DNA from: Octopus sinensis
Taxonomy: Eukaryota
NCBI RefSeq assembly: GCF_006345805.1
Contig: NC_042999.1
Location: 38,688,001-38,752,000 of the forward strand
Direction of reading: 5' to 3'
Length of the DNA: 64,000 nucleotides
A program made the position numbers and the translations under genes. Shown here piece after piece: positions 40,900 through 53,687 of this stretch. The notes below the pieces were generated by a model. It saw only the letters and a list, made by a program, of their open reading frames with translations, had not been told where the DNA came from and ran no database searches. Position 1 is the first letter of the stretch. Each line of letters begins with the position of its first letter.

Positions 40900-41750
40900 T
40901 ACGTTATATTACATTCGTACTTTCAGCTGCGCTTTTATGGAAGATGTATAGTGGCTACTCCATTTTTTGGGGTTTTTCCTGTTTCGTTAGGAATCGTACG
41001 CAGGTTTATGCCTCGTCAATATCTTTCGCAGACTTTGCTCGTTTGCAACAGCAAATTCGTTTATGAAGTCTCTGCTACACTAAAAGATATTTTTTTCTAA
41101 AGTGAGTTCAGTTTATCATATGCAATCTGTTGCGATGAGCTATTTGTCCTTTAAAATGAGTTTTTGATATAAGCTATCAGCACTAAGAATAATTAGTACA
41201 TATTATTTATCTTTAATATCCATCACCATGATATTTTGAAAAAAAATGTTTCGGTTTTAAATCAATATATTCTCCCGTGTTGTCAATAATGCCGTGTTTA
41301 AGATGTGTATACAACCACATGTTCTCTAACAGAGAATCTGTAGTATAACGTTGATATCAAATACTGATATATTATTGGTGAATCTATTTCCCTAGAGATT
41401 TGACTTACTTCATCATTATGCTTCCGGGAATGGCGTCTAGTTTCCATATTAATCTATAGTATTGGTTTGCTACTTATTCACGTACAACGAATAAGTTAGT
41501 TCATCAAGTGCTGGTGTCTTTATGTATGACAAAATTATATAATACTAATACTTTTGAAGAAGTAGGTTAATACTCTATAATATTTAGTTGACAATGGATT
41601 TATAATCAATTACATTAACATCGGTTAACCAACTTCGTGGTTCAGTTGTGTTTTTCCTATTCTTACCTTCTTTTCTAAATGATTTCAGTATCTGCTGAAT
41701 TTTTGCGTACCTTCAAATATTATATTATTTTTGGCGTTCTATTTAACATT
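40900..41750 (-). pseudogene. Heavily decayed LINE reverse transcriptase (L1/Tx1-like)
   Basis: KTPALDELTYSLY (compare KSPG.DGL..EFY), WKLDAIPGS and QQIAYDKL (compare KAFDKV) occur in the expected order. Confidence 0.4.
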
Positions 41751-42527
41751 TAATAAAAAGTTTAAAATCCAGCATCCATACTCAAAATGCTTTATTATGG
41801 ATATTATATAGGATTTGTTCTTTTACGTTCGTATCATCTAGACTTCAACTATCAATGTATATTCTTGGCATTTTATATACTTATATTTTCATATAAGCCA
41901 TCTGCATTGCATTCTCATAATAATAACGTTAATCCAGCTTGTTTAAATATATTCATATTTTCTAGGTAAATAATTTAGAAATAATATTTTGTGGTTATGC
42001 AAGTTTAATTGTGTGTAAATATATTATTGACGGGTAGGATGGATCTTCTATTTCATTTTTAGTGTGAATATAACATACACCATAATAAAGAAGAAAAACT
42101 TTGTAAATAATACAGTAGTGGTTGTATAACACTATGGGAAGACTAATTCTGCATAACTTTACGCATATTTCATTGGGTATACATATAATATTATAAAGGC
42201 ATCGCTTTGTGTAACATAAGCATGTATTTCTAATATCCTATGCTTCAACTACAAATATAAACTACGGTACAATTCTCTCAGCTATATATTAGATATAATA
42301 TTTCATGTGCATTAGGTCAGCGGAGAATAAAATTATCTGAAATTTCTTTCACAATACATATTTCAGATTTTCTGTTTCCTAAGTTCTTCGCTTAATGCTT
42401 TGCTCTATTCCTTCAAGAGCTCTATTTTCAATCTTTGCGTTCATTTAATAAAACATGCTATTTAATGTTTGAATGTTGAGCTTTTAAATATGTAAGAACA
42501 CGAAAACAATTCCTATTGTATTATAAT

Positions 42528-42918
42528 CTTTTCTACTATAGGCACAAGGCCTGAAATTTTTGGGGACGGAGTAAGTCGACCGCATCAACCCCAGTATTCA
42601 ACTGGTACTTAATTTATCGACCTCGAAAAGATGAAAGGCAAAACGACCTCGGTAGAATTTTAACCCCGAACGTAACGGCAGACTAAATACCCATTTCTTT
42701 ACTACCAACAAGGGGCTAAACACAGAGAGGACAAACAAGGAAAGACAAACGGATTAAGTCGATTATATCGACCTCAGTGCGTAACTGGTACTTATTTAAT
42801 CGACCCCGAAAAGATGAAAGGCAAAGTCGACCTCGGCACAATTTGAACTCATAACGTAACGGCAGACGAAATACGGCTACACATTTCTCCCGGCGTGCTA
42901 ACGATTCTGCCAGCTCGC
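42528..42918 (-). mobile_element. SINE family B, dimeric
   Basis: Head GAGCTGGCAGAATCGTTAGCACGCCGGG with B-box GAGTTCAAATT. The body from GTATTTCGTCTGCCGTTACGTT to AAGTACCAGTT occurs twice with different 3' tails. Confidence 0.9.
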
Positions 42919-43054
42919 TGTCTTCTATCGTATTATAATACAAACTGAGTAAACAGAGCATCCCTAACATAATGACAACAACAGAATATCCCTTTGTGTA
43001 TTTCCGTTTTATAATGCATTAAAATATTGCTATTCTGCGGAAAAAATCATGCAT

Positions 43055-43146
43055 CTGTATATATATATATATATATATATATAGGTGTATAAAAACGTTG
43101 AACGTATATATACATATATATATGTATATATATATATATATATATA

Positions 43147-43205
<59 letters not shown>

Positions 43206-43222
43206 CATATATATATATATAA
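43055..43222. repeat. (TA)n microsatellite
   Basis: Directly visible. Confidence 0.95.
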
Positions 43223-43307
43223 TAAAAGGTAAAATTAATTAACTAATTAATAATTAATAATTTTACCGAGTAATCCGGTATGTTAAAAGAATCATTTTCG
43301 GTAACTT

Positions 43308-43618
43308 ATACATAAAATTTCATAATTATGAGTATAATTACAATTAAGGTTCAGCAAAAATTTACTTCATCACATACCGAAATTTAGAAATAGCAGTTAA
43401 AATCTAGCTATTTCACTACCATAAGAAAACCTCCCAGGCAGTAAATACTCAACAACCCAACCTGCGTGGGTTGTTAAGTATTTGCTGTCCGGCGGATTTT
43501 CTGATGGTAATGAAATAGTTAGATTTTAACTGCTATTTCTAAATTTCGGTATGTGTTGAAGCAATTTTTTGCTGAACCCTGATTATAACTATACTCATAA
43601 TTATAAAATTTTATGTAT
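43308..43618. repeat. Imperfect palindrome, ~152-bp arms with a 7-nt loop (ACCTGCG)
   Basis: For example, ACATACCGAAATTTAGAAATAGCAGTTAAAATCTA has an exact reverse complement in the right arm. Confidence 0.93.
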
Positions 43619-43622
43619 ATAT

Positions 43623-43691
<69 letters not shown>

Positions 43692-43718
<27 letters not shown>

Positions 43719-43819
43719 ATACATATATATATATATTATCAATTAATCAATTTAGGTAGCAAAAATTCAAAGAAATTTATCGCTACCAGCGGTCTAGTGG
43801 GAAAAATTCTAGTGTTAAA

Positions 43820-43869
<50 letters not shown>

Positions 43870-43975
43870 TTTAACACTAGAATTTTTCCCACTAGACCGC
43901 TGGTAGCGATAAATTTCTATTGAATTTTTTGCTACCCTAAATTGATTAATTGATAATATATATATATATATGTAT

Positions 43976-44000
<25 letters not shown>
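43692..44000. repeat. Near-perfect palindrome centred on (TA)n
   Basis: 43735-43822 is the reverse complement of 43867-43956 apart from three single-base indels. The flanking (TG)n/(CA)n tracts are mirrored too. Confidence 0.93.
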
Positions 44001-44012
<12 letters not shown>

Positions 44013-44454
44013 CTATATGTATATATATATATATATATATTATTATATATATCTATATTTATATATTATATATATACGTTATACGTATATATGTTATAGA
44101 TGTATATATTTAATATGTATATATATATATGCATATATGTATATATATATATTATATGTAATATATGTATATATTATATATACATATATATATATATACA
44201 TATATATACATTCTTGCATATGTACATACCTGCGTATATGTGTGTACGCACCCACATATGTATATGCATGAATACATGTATGCCTGTATGCATTCATATT
44301 TGTATATGCATAGGTAATATACTTACACATATGTTTATAAGCATACATCTCTCTGCCACTGCTTAGTTTCTTCTTCTTCTCTACTTCTATGCAGAAATTG
44401 TATACCTACATATACATTCACACTCACACACACACCACCAGCGCAACATAATAT

Positions 44455-44499
<45 letters not shown>

Positions 44500-45122
44500 T
44501 ATTATAATATTATATATATATATATATATATGTACAGTTGACATTAATGCACACAGGTACACGCCTTAGTATTTTATATATATAATCCTTTTGCATGAAT
44601 GTGCTGTTTGCGCGCGCGCATGTGAGTTTGAGTTAGTAGGAATATATGTAATTATGAAGGGTTGTGTGCTCTTAATTTTAATAGGATATTCGTCAGCCTA
44701 TTGTGGAAGAATAAATAACTGCAGACAAATTAATTTTAATGACGTCTTTCTTAATGTACAGCTGCGTTCATTGGAAACTTTATATAGTTTTCAATTGAAT
44801 TAAACATTTTTGCGATAAGATGCTTCTTAAGGTAATGGCTCTGTTAATTACTAATTTATAATTATATTAGGATATAGCAAATCGAGTTTAGATATTTTCC
44901 GACTTTGTTACATAAAACCAAATATAGATACAGGAAAGATACGTGCAGGAAAGTATATGTTTATAATGCTACTGAAACAAACAAGCAAGCAAACAAACAA
45001 ACACGATGAACTAATGTGAATAATAATAAATCACTGTCTGCTTGAAATACAAGAGATTTAATCAGTTAATTACGTAGAAAGAAGCCCTAAGATATATACA
45101 TATATTTCTATATGAATGTATG

Positions 45123-45168
<46 letters not shown>

Positions 45169-45273
45169 CTACATGCACACATATATATATACACACACAC
45201 ACATATATATATATACACACATATATAAGCAATTATGTACACATATATATGTATATATATATAATGTATTATA

Positions 45274-45338
<65 letters not shown>

Positions 45339-45798
45339 AATATATATATGTATATATAATATATATATATATATCTATATATATATATATACATACACAC
45401 ATATAGGTGTGTATGAGTCTGTATACGTGTATACGTATATATACAAAGACGTGTATGTATTTATATATGCATATACAACCGTAGTTTGGTTGCTCCATTT
45501 TTTAAAATTCTTCCTATTGATAAAGATTATTTGTAAAAGAGTTTTAAAAGTGTTTTAAATTCAGCGTTTTGATGAAAGAAGCAACTTTCATTTCTGTAGC
45601 ACCAGCTTAGTTCGTACTGTTTGAAGATGAAAAGACGCATGAAGAATGATTTCTCTTCGCTCTATGTTGCCGAGCTCAAGTCCTTATTATATGAATTGTT
45701 CTATTAAGATGATATTGAAACGATTTCATTTGGTTAAAAGTTACGTTTGATGAGGCACGTGCAATATCGTATCATACTACAAATGTCATGTTTCACAG

Positions 45799-45837
45799 CT
45801 CTGACATTCGCACGCTCGAAGGGCGAAATTGTATTTG
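45799..45837 (+). CDS. Candidate 39-nt exon, unverified
   Basis: atgtttcacAG acceptor and G/GTaagc donor; length divisible by 3; two open frames. Confidence 0.15.
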
Positions 45838-46404
45838 GTAAGCATATTCTAAACAGCCTGCCACATCCTATTTAACGCCTTGATTGGAAATCAATGAAGC
45901 GGTTCAAAATCATGAATTGAGCATCAGAAGATGATCAGCAATTATATTTGCAGACTTCCTTGTTTTGGAGAATAAACAAGATCAGCATGGCCATTGAAAA
46001 AGAACACAAAACATTTTACTCCCGAACTCTGCAAAGAAATATATACATGTTCCGAATCTGTACGTCAAATATTGAGTCTATCAACTGACCCAACAAATGA
46101 ATATCTTCAGGAAATTCGATATACTGTTATAATAAGCAATACGTTTTTAAATTTAATATAATTAATACGATGATTAGTTCAAAACTATATTTGTACGTGA
46201 CTATGTGTGAGTATATATGAATAGTAATATTTCATGGTTGTAATTTTTATTCACCACCTGATGACTGTGTTCTAGCAAGTTTTCCGATGAAAGCATACAT
46301 TCTGGGCTACACCCTAAGAAATATTGCAGAATATATCGTCTTTAAATCCCTGATTGACGCAGTCCACCTCCTGTTCTCAGGCGTGCTGTCTTCATTCTCC
46401 CCTT

Positions 46405-46443
<39 letters not shown>

Positions 46444-46831
46444 TGTATGATGCTTCTTAGTCTCCGTTTCTCGGAGCTTACAGCTACTGTTATCCTTGTT
46501 GCGTTCATCGACCAGTCCCGTCCTAACAAATGTACTAATCATTCTTTCCTCACAAAACACGTCTCTTTTCACAATATCTTTTATATAGATATGACCAAAG
46601 TTCAATACCTCAAGTCTAGCATGAAGCTCAGAAGTCTCGGAGGTTCTGTCCATGTCATGGATTTACCTCTTCTTCCAATCTCAATAAATGGAAAATATAA
46701 TAATAAATTTGATACATTGATTTATTTCTTTAGTTAAATTTGTTTTTTATTTATATTTGAACGCCCAATTCAGTTTATTATCTAAGTTACATCCATATAA
46801 GCACAACTGATCCAAATTGACATAAAATTTA

Positions 46832-47004
46832 GGCGCAGGAGTGGCTGTGTGGTAAGTAGCTTGTCTACCAACCGCATGGTTCCGGGTTCAGTCCCACTGC
46901 GTGACACCTTGGGTAAGTGTCTTCTACTATAGCCTCGGGTCGACCAAAGCCTTATGAGTGGATTTGGTAGACGGAAACTGAAAGAAGACCGTCGTATATA
47001 TGTA

Positions 47005-47059
<55 letters not shown>

Positions 47060-47277
47060 CGTTTGTGTGTCTGCGTTTGTCCCCTAGCATTGCTTGACAA
47101 CCGATGCTGGTGTGTTTATGTTTCCCGTCACTTAGCGGTTCAGCAAAAGACCGACAGAATAAGTACTGGGCTTACAAAAGAATAAGTCCCGGGATCAAGT
47201 TGCTCGATTAAAGGCGGTGCTCCAGCATGGCCGCAGTCAAATAACTGAAACAAATAAAAGAGTAAAAGAGTAAGAGT
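46832..47277 (+). mobile_element. SINE family A, full length (tRNA-derived head)
   Basis: GGCGCAGGAGTGGCTGTGTGGTAAG (A-box-like), GGTTCAGTCCC (B-box-like), internal (TA)n, and a 3' (TAAAAGAG)n tail. Confidence 0.93.
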
Positions 47278-47313
47278 ATTCGTAATGCATACAGGGAGAT
47301 ATAGGGATGAATA

Positions 47314-47730
47314 TGAGGTGTATTCCATAAGTATTGAGACTTCTTCGGGAGAGGCAGTTATAACTGTCAAAGATTATAGTAACTTTCACTATGTCATTAC
47401 TATTCATCTAATGATCTGACTTTCCAAATCAACTTTTTTTAACTACATACAGTAGTAGTTTGTTGAAGCTGTTTGGACACTTTATTAAGAACTGCTTGTC
47501 ACATCTCCATCTTTGTAACAAAAACATGGGCATCAAAAGTGTCCATCAACATCCTAATGTTCAGATCTTGCTTCCTATGACTTTCCGTTTTTCCCTCAAG
47601 CTGAAGGAGAATCTTTGGAACAGTTTACTTTAAAGACATTGAGAAGATGGAGGCTGGACACCTTCAATTTAGAGGATTTGAAAAGGATGTCTCTCCTGAA
47701 CAAGTCTCAAAACTTTTAGAATGAACCTCA
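47314..47730 (+). mobile_element. Mariner-family internal deletion derivative
   Basis: ~28-bp TIRs TA-TGAGGTGTATTCCATAAGTATTGAGACTT and AAGTCTCAAAACTTTTAGAATGAACCTCA. The remnant GIKSVHQHP...SDLASYDF..FP.KLKENL resembles the mariner HPPYSPDLAP.DF motif. Confidence 0.8.
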
Positions 47731-47879
47731 TCTATAGTCTTCCATTCATACTTTCATTCGCATACTGACTTGTAATGTGTTAACTGCTACTGATATTCCA
47801 CTGGTATATATGTGCATATATTTACATACAGGCAGACATTTGTATATACGTCCATATATTTATATATATATTATATATA

Positions 47880-47917
<38 letters not shown>

Positions 47918-49622
47918 TATAATATATATATATATAAGGCAGAATTTCTCTTAATAGTAATACTTCGAATATATTTCATTTGTAAAAATATCTATGTTAT
48001 ATATGTATATTGTATGTGCATAAATAGTTAAACAGACTGACAGAACAGACTTACAGATACATACATACATACATACATACATACATACATACATACATAC
48101 ATGCATACATGCAGTGATTGATGGATAGATAGAGAGACAAATAGAATGAATGGTATATACATACGTAGTTTCGCAGATAGATACATATATAGATATTTGA
48201 TAAACTTTTTATGTCAATTACTTCATATTGTTTAGACTTAATTGAGACAGTTGTTTAATTGTAGTCTTATTCCAATTTTCTTTAGCCTCCAGTCATGCAA
48301 CACCTTGCGTAATAATATTTCTTCCAACATATTTCCGTTCGTTTTGAGCGAAAGCAATGGTTTATTACTAAGACATTTCAAATATTCTGCAATATAACTA
48401 TATAATTATAATATCTAAAAGTATCTTCCAAAATATATCAATATTATTTGAAAAATATTTTTTTATATAATCCGACAAAGAACCTTTATGAAAATAATGA
48501 TTTATTTAATTTATCTCTGAATAATCTAATTTACCTTCACACTATTTACAGATCGAACTTACTGCAAAATTCTGTACATATATATGAGTCCCGTTATAAA
48601 CATACGTAATTGAGTAATCTATATGGATTTATTGAAATGAAGATATGGTATCAGCTTTATTTCATATGAAAATTGATATCAGTTAAGAATGTTAAACTAT
48701 TATTTTGGTCTGTATTTTCTAGATTTTAGCCCATACAACGAACAATTGAATTTATACGCATGTATAACAACAAGCCTGTACTTACTAGAGATTGGTATAT
48801 CAGTATTTTCACATTGAAATAAGAAACATGTATGGAACTAGAAACATATATATTACCTTACATAATTACAAATACAATTTGGTTATATTGGCATACACCA
48901 AAAGCGAGCCTCCTAAAATATTTTTAAGAACTGATCATACAATAACGAATCACTTATCCTCTACCAGATTGCATTTTCATGACGAAAACAAAGAGAAAAT
49001 AATAATTATTTTATGGAAGACGAGATAATGTGAATTGAGTTCGGAGGAAATACTACTGCCAGCAAAATTTATATACATATTTTTCAGGAGTGTTAGAAAA
49101 CTAATTATACTGAAATCGTATTACCTAATGAAATGATCACCTATGTACGATATCTGATACGAACTTCCCAAAGGAAATAGAATGTATTGCGAAATCGAAA
49201 ATATGGTTCTGTATTTGGTAAATTTGATATAAAATGGGTAAATGAGAAGTTAAATGGGAAGTGATAGAAAATAAAGCAAATACGTGCAGATAGGATTATC
49301 TAGTACATGAAAAGGTAAACAATACGTCTGCTCACATAGACATTTCGACATATTTTAGCCATAATAATGTTTTAGCCAAAGTAATATTTAGCCAAAATAA
49401 CGTTTGGAAAGAGCACAAAGCAATATAACGTTTGTATATTTGAATCATTAACTAATAGTTGTTTTTAAATGTGAAAATATTCCCCATGCCCATTTGAGAG
49501 CTAGATATGATAAAGAAAAACGTGAACAAAACTATTAAACAAACTATTGACAATTCCTTTCCAATTCTGTGTGTTCCTCCATTTTTTCTCCCTCACCTTC
49601 ATATGGTCAATACGACACTCAC

Positions 49623-49649
49623 ACTATGACGTCTTCCTTCCAAGCACTT
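49623..49649 (-). CDS. Candidate 27-nt microexon (KCLEGRRHS in phase 0), unverified
   Basis: Acceptor ttctgctctttacAG and consensus donor GTgagt; length divisible by 3; non-repetitive flanks. Confidence 0.25.
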
Positions 49650-50053
49650 CTGTAAAGAGCAGAATTGAGCTAAAACGTTAAAACTTATTGCGCACGCGTA
49701 GCAGGGTCCATGGATGCCAAGTGGCTTTATACTGTGTGCTTCAGCTTCGTTACTATGGCACCTGGCCGAATACTTATTGATGAGACAACGTGTTTGATTT
49801 AATACTTTGCTTTGACAACGTAAATGACAAAGATCAACGTTCAGTCCGGCATTTAAATTTGGTGTGACAGGCTTACGCAGTGGAATTTTAGGAGGTTCAA
49901 AGAAGAATATAAGGAGACGGTATGTTTTAACTGATCAATAATTTTCTTTACTTGCTTTTGATTATATATAATGTATTTTCTATTTGTATTTGGAAGATGA
50001 AAGTGACTAGTTGAAGGTTGGGAACCTTGTAGATAATTTCTACAGTATGTGTA

Positions 50054-50420
50054 TAGCTTGCTTACAAACCACATGGTTCCGGGTTCAGTCCCACTGCGTG
50101 GCACCTTGGGTAAGTGTCTTCTACTATAGCCGCCGGGCAACCAAAGCCTTGTGGGTGGATTTGGTAGACGGAAACTGAAGGAAGCCTGCCTTATATATAT
50201 ATATATATATATATTTGTGCCTGTGCCCCCCCCCCCATCATCGCTTGATAACCAATCCTGGTGTTTTTACATCCCCGTAACTTAGCGGTTCGGCAAAAGA
50301 GTACGTTAGAATAAATACTAGGCTTACAAAGAATAAGTCCTGGAATCGATTTGCTCAACAAAACGTGGTACTCCAGCATGGCCGCAGTCAAATGACTGAA
50401 ACAAATAAGAGAAAAAGAGA
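50054..50420 (+). mobile_element. SINE family A, 5'-truncated
   Basis: Aligns with 46857-47270. Confidence 0.92.
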
Positions 50421-51007
50421 AAATGCGCTTAATGAAAAGCTGTAAAATTGTTTTTTTTTTTTTGTCATATTCTTGGGACGGCTTAATGTGATTGTGGAAG
50501 GAGGAAAGGGTTACATATTTAGCTGTTAGAGAAAAAAAAGCAACTACTGGATGGAAATCTTTTAATCTTTATTTGCCAACAACATATTGAATGCTATTGC
50601 TAGTAATGCTAATTATGATAATTGGGTATGATAACTGTAACCACTGCTAAATAGCACGAACAAAATCGTACTCTTGTATATTTAAAGAAACCTATAACGT
50701 ACGATTTTGCAGGTACATTAAAGGAACGTATATCAACTGGAAGTCAAATATAATGACTGAGCTTCCGTTAGTGATAAACGTTTAGCTATAGAATTGAATT
50801 CTATATTTCATCCGAATGACGAAAGATTAGGATTTGAAAGTATGTCGTTGACTTTAAATATTATATTCACAATCTTGAATCTGAATTTCTCAACCGGTAC
50901 ACCGGTACATTGCTGTTTCTATAACCACACTCATTTCAAAAATAAATAATATATATAAAAATAAACATATATATATATATGTACGTGTGTGTGCGCGTCT
51001 GTGTGTC

Positions 51008-51055
<48 letters not shown>

Positions 51056-51308
51056 ATTTTATATATACTATATATATATATATAGTACATATATATATAT
51101 AGTACTATACATATATATAGTACATTTTGAAATGTGATGATTACTATGAACGTATGAACGCGCTAATTGAACTATATGGAAATTAGTAGATATTTTTTTC
51201 AATGTTTAACATACTTGAACTTTGTAAAAATATTTATTAAAATACAATAGTAAAAACTGTGTTCCCTTGTTAACAATTAACTCGGATAAAATAGATAAAT
51301 AGATACCA

Positions 51309-51600
51309 TGGTAGCAAAAGATCACACAAGTAAAGAGGTTGTAACGCCTTGTTTTTAAAGGTAGAAATTTCGAATTTACGTGGAATATGTTTTATATATA
51401 TATATATATATATATGTGGATGTATATACAAATGTCTGCCTGTATATATGTATATAATGCTCGAAATGAAGAGTAAATAGACAGCTGGTAACTGTCCTGT
51501 TTTACATTTGTGTCTCTCGCTGTTTGCGTGTTGAACTTATTTGTTTTTGTATTTAATGTTACCTGATTTTGTCGACGTCCTGTACCTATATACGCATATA
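51309..51600. mobile_element. PLE-like terminal repeat fragments split by (TA)n
   Basis: 51309-51390 matches 4487-4570; 51458 onward matches the GCTCGAAATGA family. Confidence 0.5.
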
Positions 51601-51615
51601 TATATATATACATTT

Positions 51616-51663
<48 letters not shown>

Positions 51664-51764
51664 AATTGGAGTTTGAAAAACTTCCTAGTAATTTTGGACA
51701 TCCTATTATACTTTACTTAAATAAAATGCACTGCAAAGATAGAGGAACGGCTTCTATCCTTGCC

Positions 51765-51838
51765 GCCAGTTTCACGCCAGGTTCACGCCAGGTTCACGCC
51801 AGTTTTACGCCTGTATTACTTACGCCAGTTTGACGCTC
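51765..51838. repeat. GC-rich 11-bp tandem repeat (GCCAGGTTCAC), ~6 copies
   Basis: gccagtttcac gccaggttcac gccaggttcac gccagttttac gcctgtattacttac gccagtttgac. Confidence 0.85.
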
Positions 51839-51947
51839 CCCTATATGGTTCACATGCATATATCTCTCTTGATCATCATTTGGAAGCAATATTGAATAAA
51901 GCATTAATGTGAAGACGGTGCGGCAGATAGGAAATATGTTGATCTTC

Positions 51948-52289
51948 TTTTATTGTTTTGCTTGTTTCTGTCATTTGATGGCGGCCATGCTGGAGCACCA
52001 CCTTAAGGGGTTTTAGTCGAAGAATTCGACCCAAGGACTTATTCTTTATATGCCTAGTTCTTATTCTATCAGTATCTTTTGCCGAACCGCTAAGTTACAG
52101 GGACGTAAACACACCAACATCGGTTGTCAAATGATGACAGAGACACACACACACACTTTCATTTTCCTTCTACCAAATCCAGCCACAGGGCTTTTGTCGG
52201 CCCGAGGCTATATTAGAAAACACTCTGCCAAGGTGCCACGAAGCGGGACTGAACCCGGAACCATATTACCACACAACCACGCCTGCACC
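51948..52289 (-). mobile_element. SINE family A with internal deletions
   Basis: Head and tail present in reverse; lacks the AGCTTGCTTACCAACCAC segment and part of the middle. Confidence 0.9.
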
Positions 52290-53319
52290 TATATACTTAT
52301 GATATTCTTATCATTCCTATATAACTGTCTCTCAATTTTCTAGTAGCTTTCCGTCCTTTTCCATACATATTCCAATAACATCATCTTTCTAATTGATGTA
52401 TTGTCTAGGATCTGAATATGATATTAATTGCATAAATATTCTTCGTGGTTGAACATATTTTGACGTGCTCTATTCTTTCGTTCCATCATTCTCAGGATTT
52501 CGTTAGCATTAACACCATGTATTAGTTTCATAACTGACTGTTTTTATTTTGAAACTCTTGACTCGTACCCATATCGTTACCATTTCCGTTAAGCATGTAA
52601 AGCTAATGTAAACTTGTCATTAAGTGATTATTCTCTTCGGGGATGAACATTACACACGTAGTGGTATGTTTGATCTAGTAATTGGTAACAGTACGGTCCT
52701 GGTGGTAGAGGGATATTTGCTCTAAAAGATGCCAAGGGAAAGGTATAATTATTGATTTCGATATGCTTCTAGTATTTCAATACCCTTTGCTAATTATCGT
52801 TAAATATCACTCTCACTTCAAGTGCATTATCCTCCAAATTTTCCAGCGGAACGTTAATGTCCTTCATTTGCTGCCTTTGCAGCGGTTTAATGATTCCCAA
52901 CGAAGTTGTCGAAATTGGAATGTGGGTAGATTATATCAATTACCCAATAATAAGAGGCCCCTAAAAATTATTTCTAGCTCTTCTCACTCGCTATTGCTTA
53001 ATACACCTACTTTCTTTAATATATTCTAGACCTTCTATCAGTTTTGTCTCACTGCATTCTATCGGTTTCGAGCCCGTTCTGAATATATCTATCTCATTTT
53101 TGTTTCAATGTTATTCTCTAGTTGGGTATCTGTTCCTGGGAGATATTTGTTTCCTCATCCCTTGCCAGTTCTGTTTATTCTTTTATTTTTTTTTTATATA
53201 TTCTTTTGTTGGATCACGTAACTTTTGTGATCACGTTAATTTCGTTTCACTTCTAATAACTTGATGCATATCAGCATTGGTGATGTATGCGTGTGTGTGT
53301 GAGAGAGAGAGAGAAACAG

Positions 53320-53368
<49 letters not shown>

Positions 53369-53605
53369 TAGAGAGAGCCTTATGCAAGAGATTGGTTTTA
53401 TATATGTACAGCGATTTGCAGTCGTTCCATTAACTCCTGTGTTTGATCGTTAATACTTGCTCTATTAACATTATATTCTCTCTTTATGCTTACCAACCTG
53501 CTCAATGTAAAGCTTCTTCCTTTAACTGAAACTGTAGTCAACACCTCATGTGATGGTATTCACTTCAAGATAATCTGCATTGATATTATGATTTAAAGGA
53601 AGATG

Positions 53606-53687
53606 GTGAGCGGGCAGAATCGTAAGCACGCTGGGCAAAATGCCTAGCGGCATTTCGTCAGTTTTTCGGCGCTGAATTCAAATTCCG
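53606..53687 (+). mobile_element. SINE family B head fragment
   Basis: GGTGAGCGGGCAGAATCGTAAGCACGCTGGGCAAAATGCCTAGCGG...GAATTCAAATTCCG. Confidence 0.85.

Noticed and set aside
52340-53200. Possible PLE or LINE coding remnant on the minus strand
   Set aside because: Only isolated weak words (EYVWK, NH) were found, with no ordered motif series.
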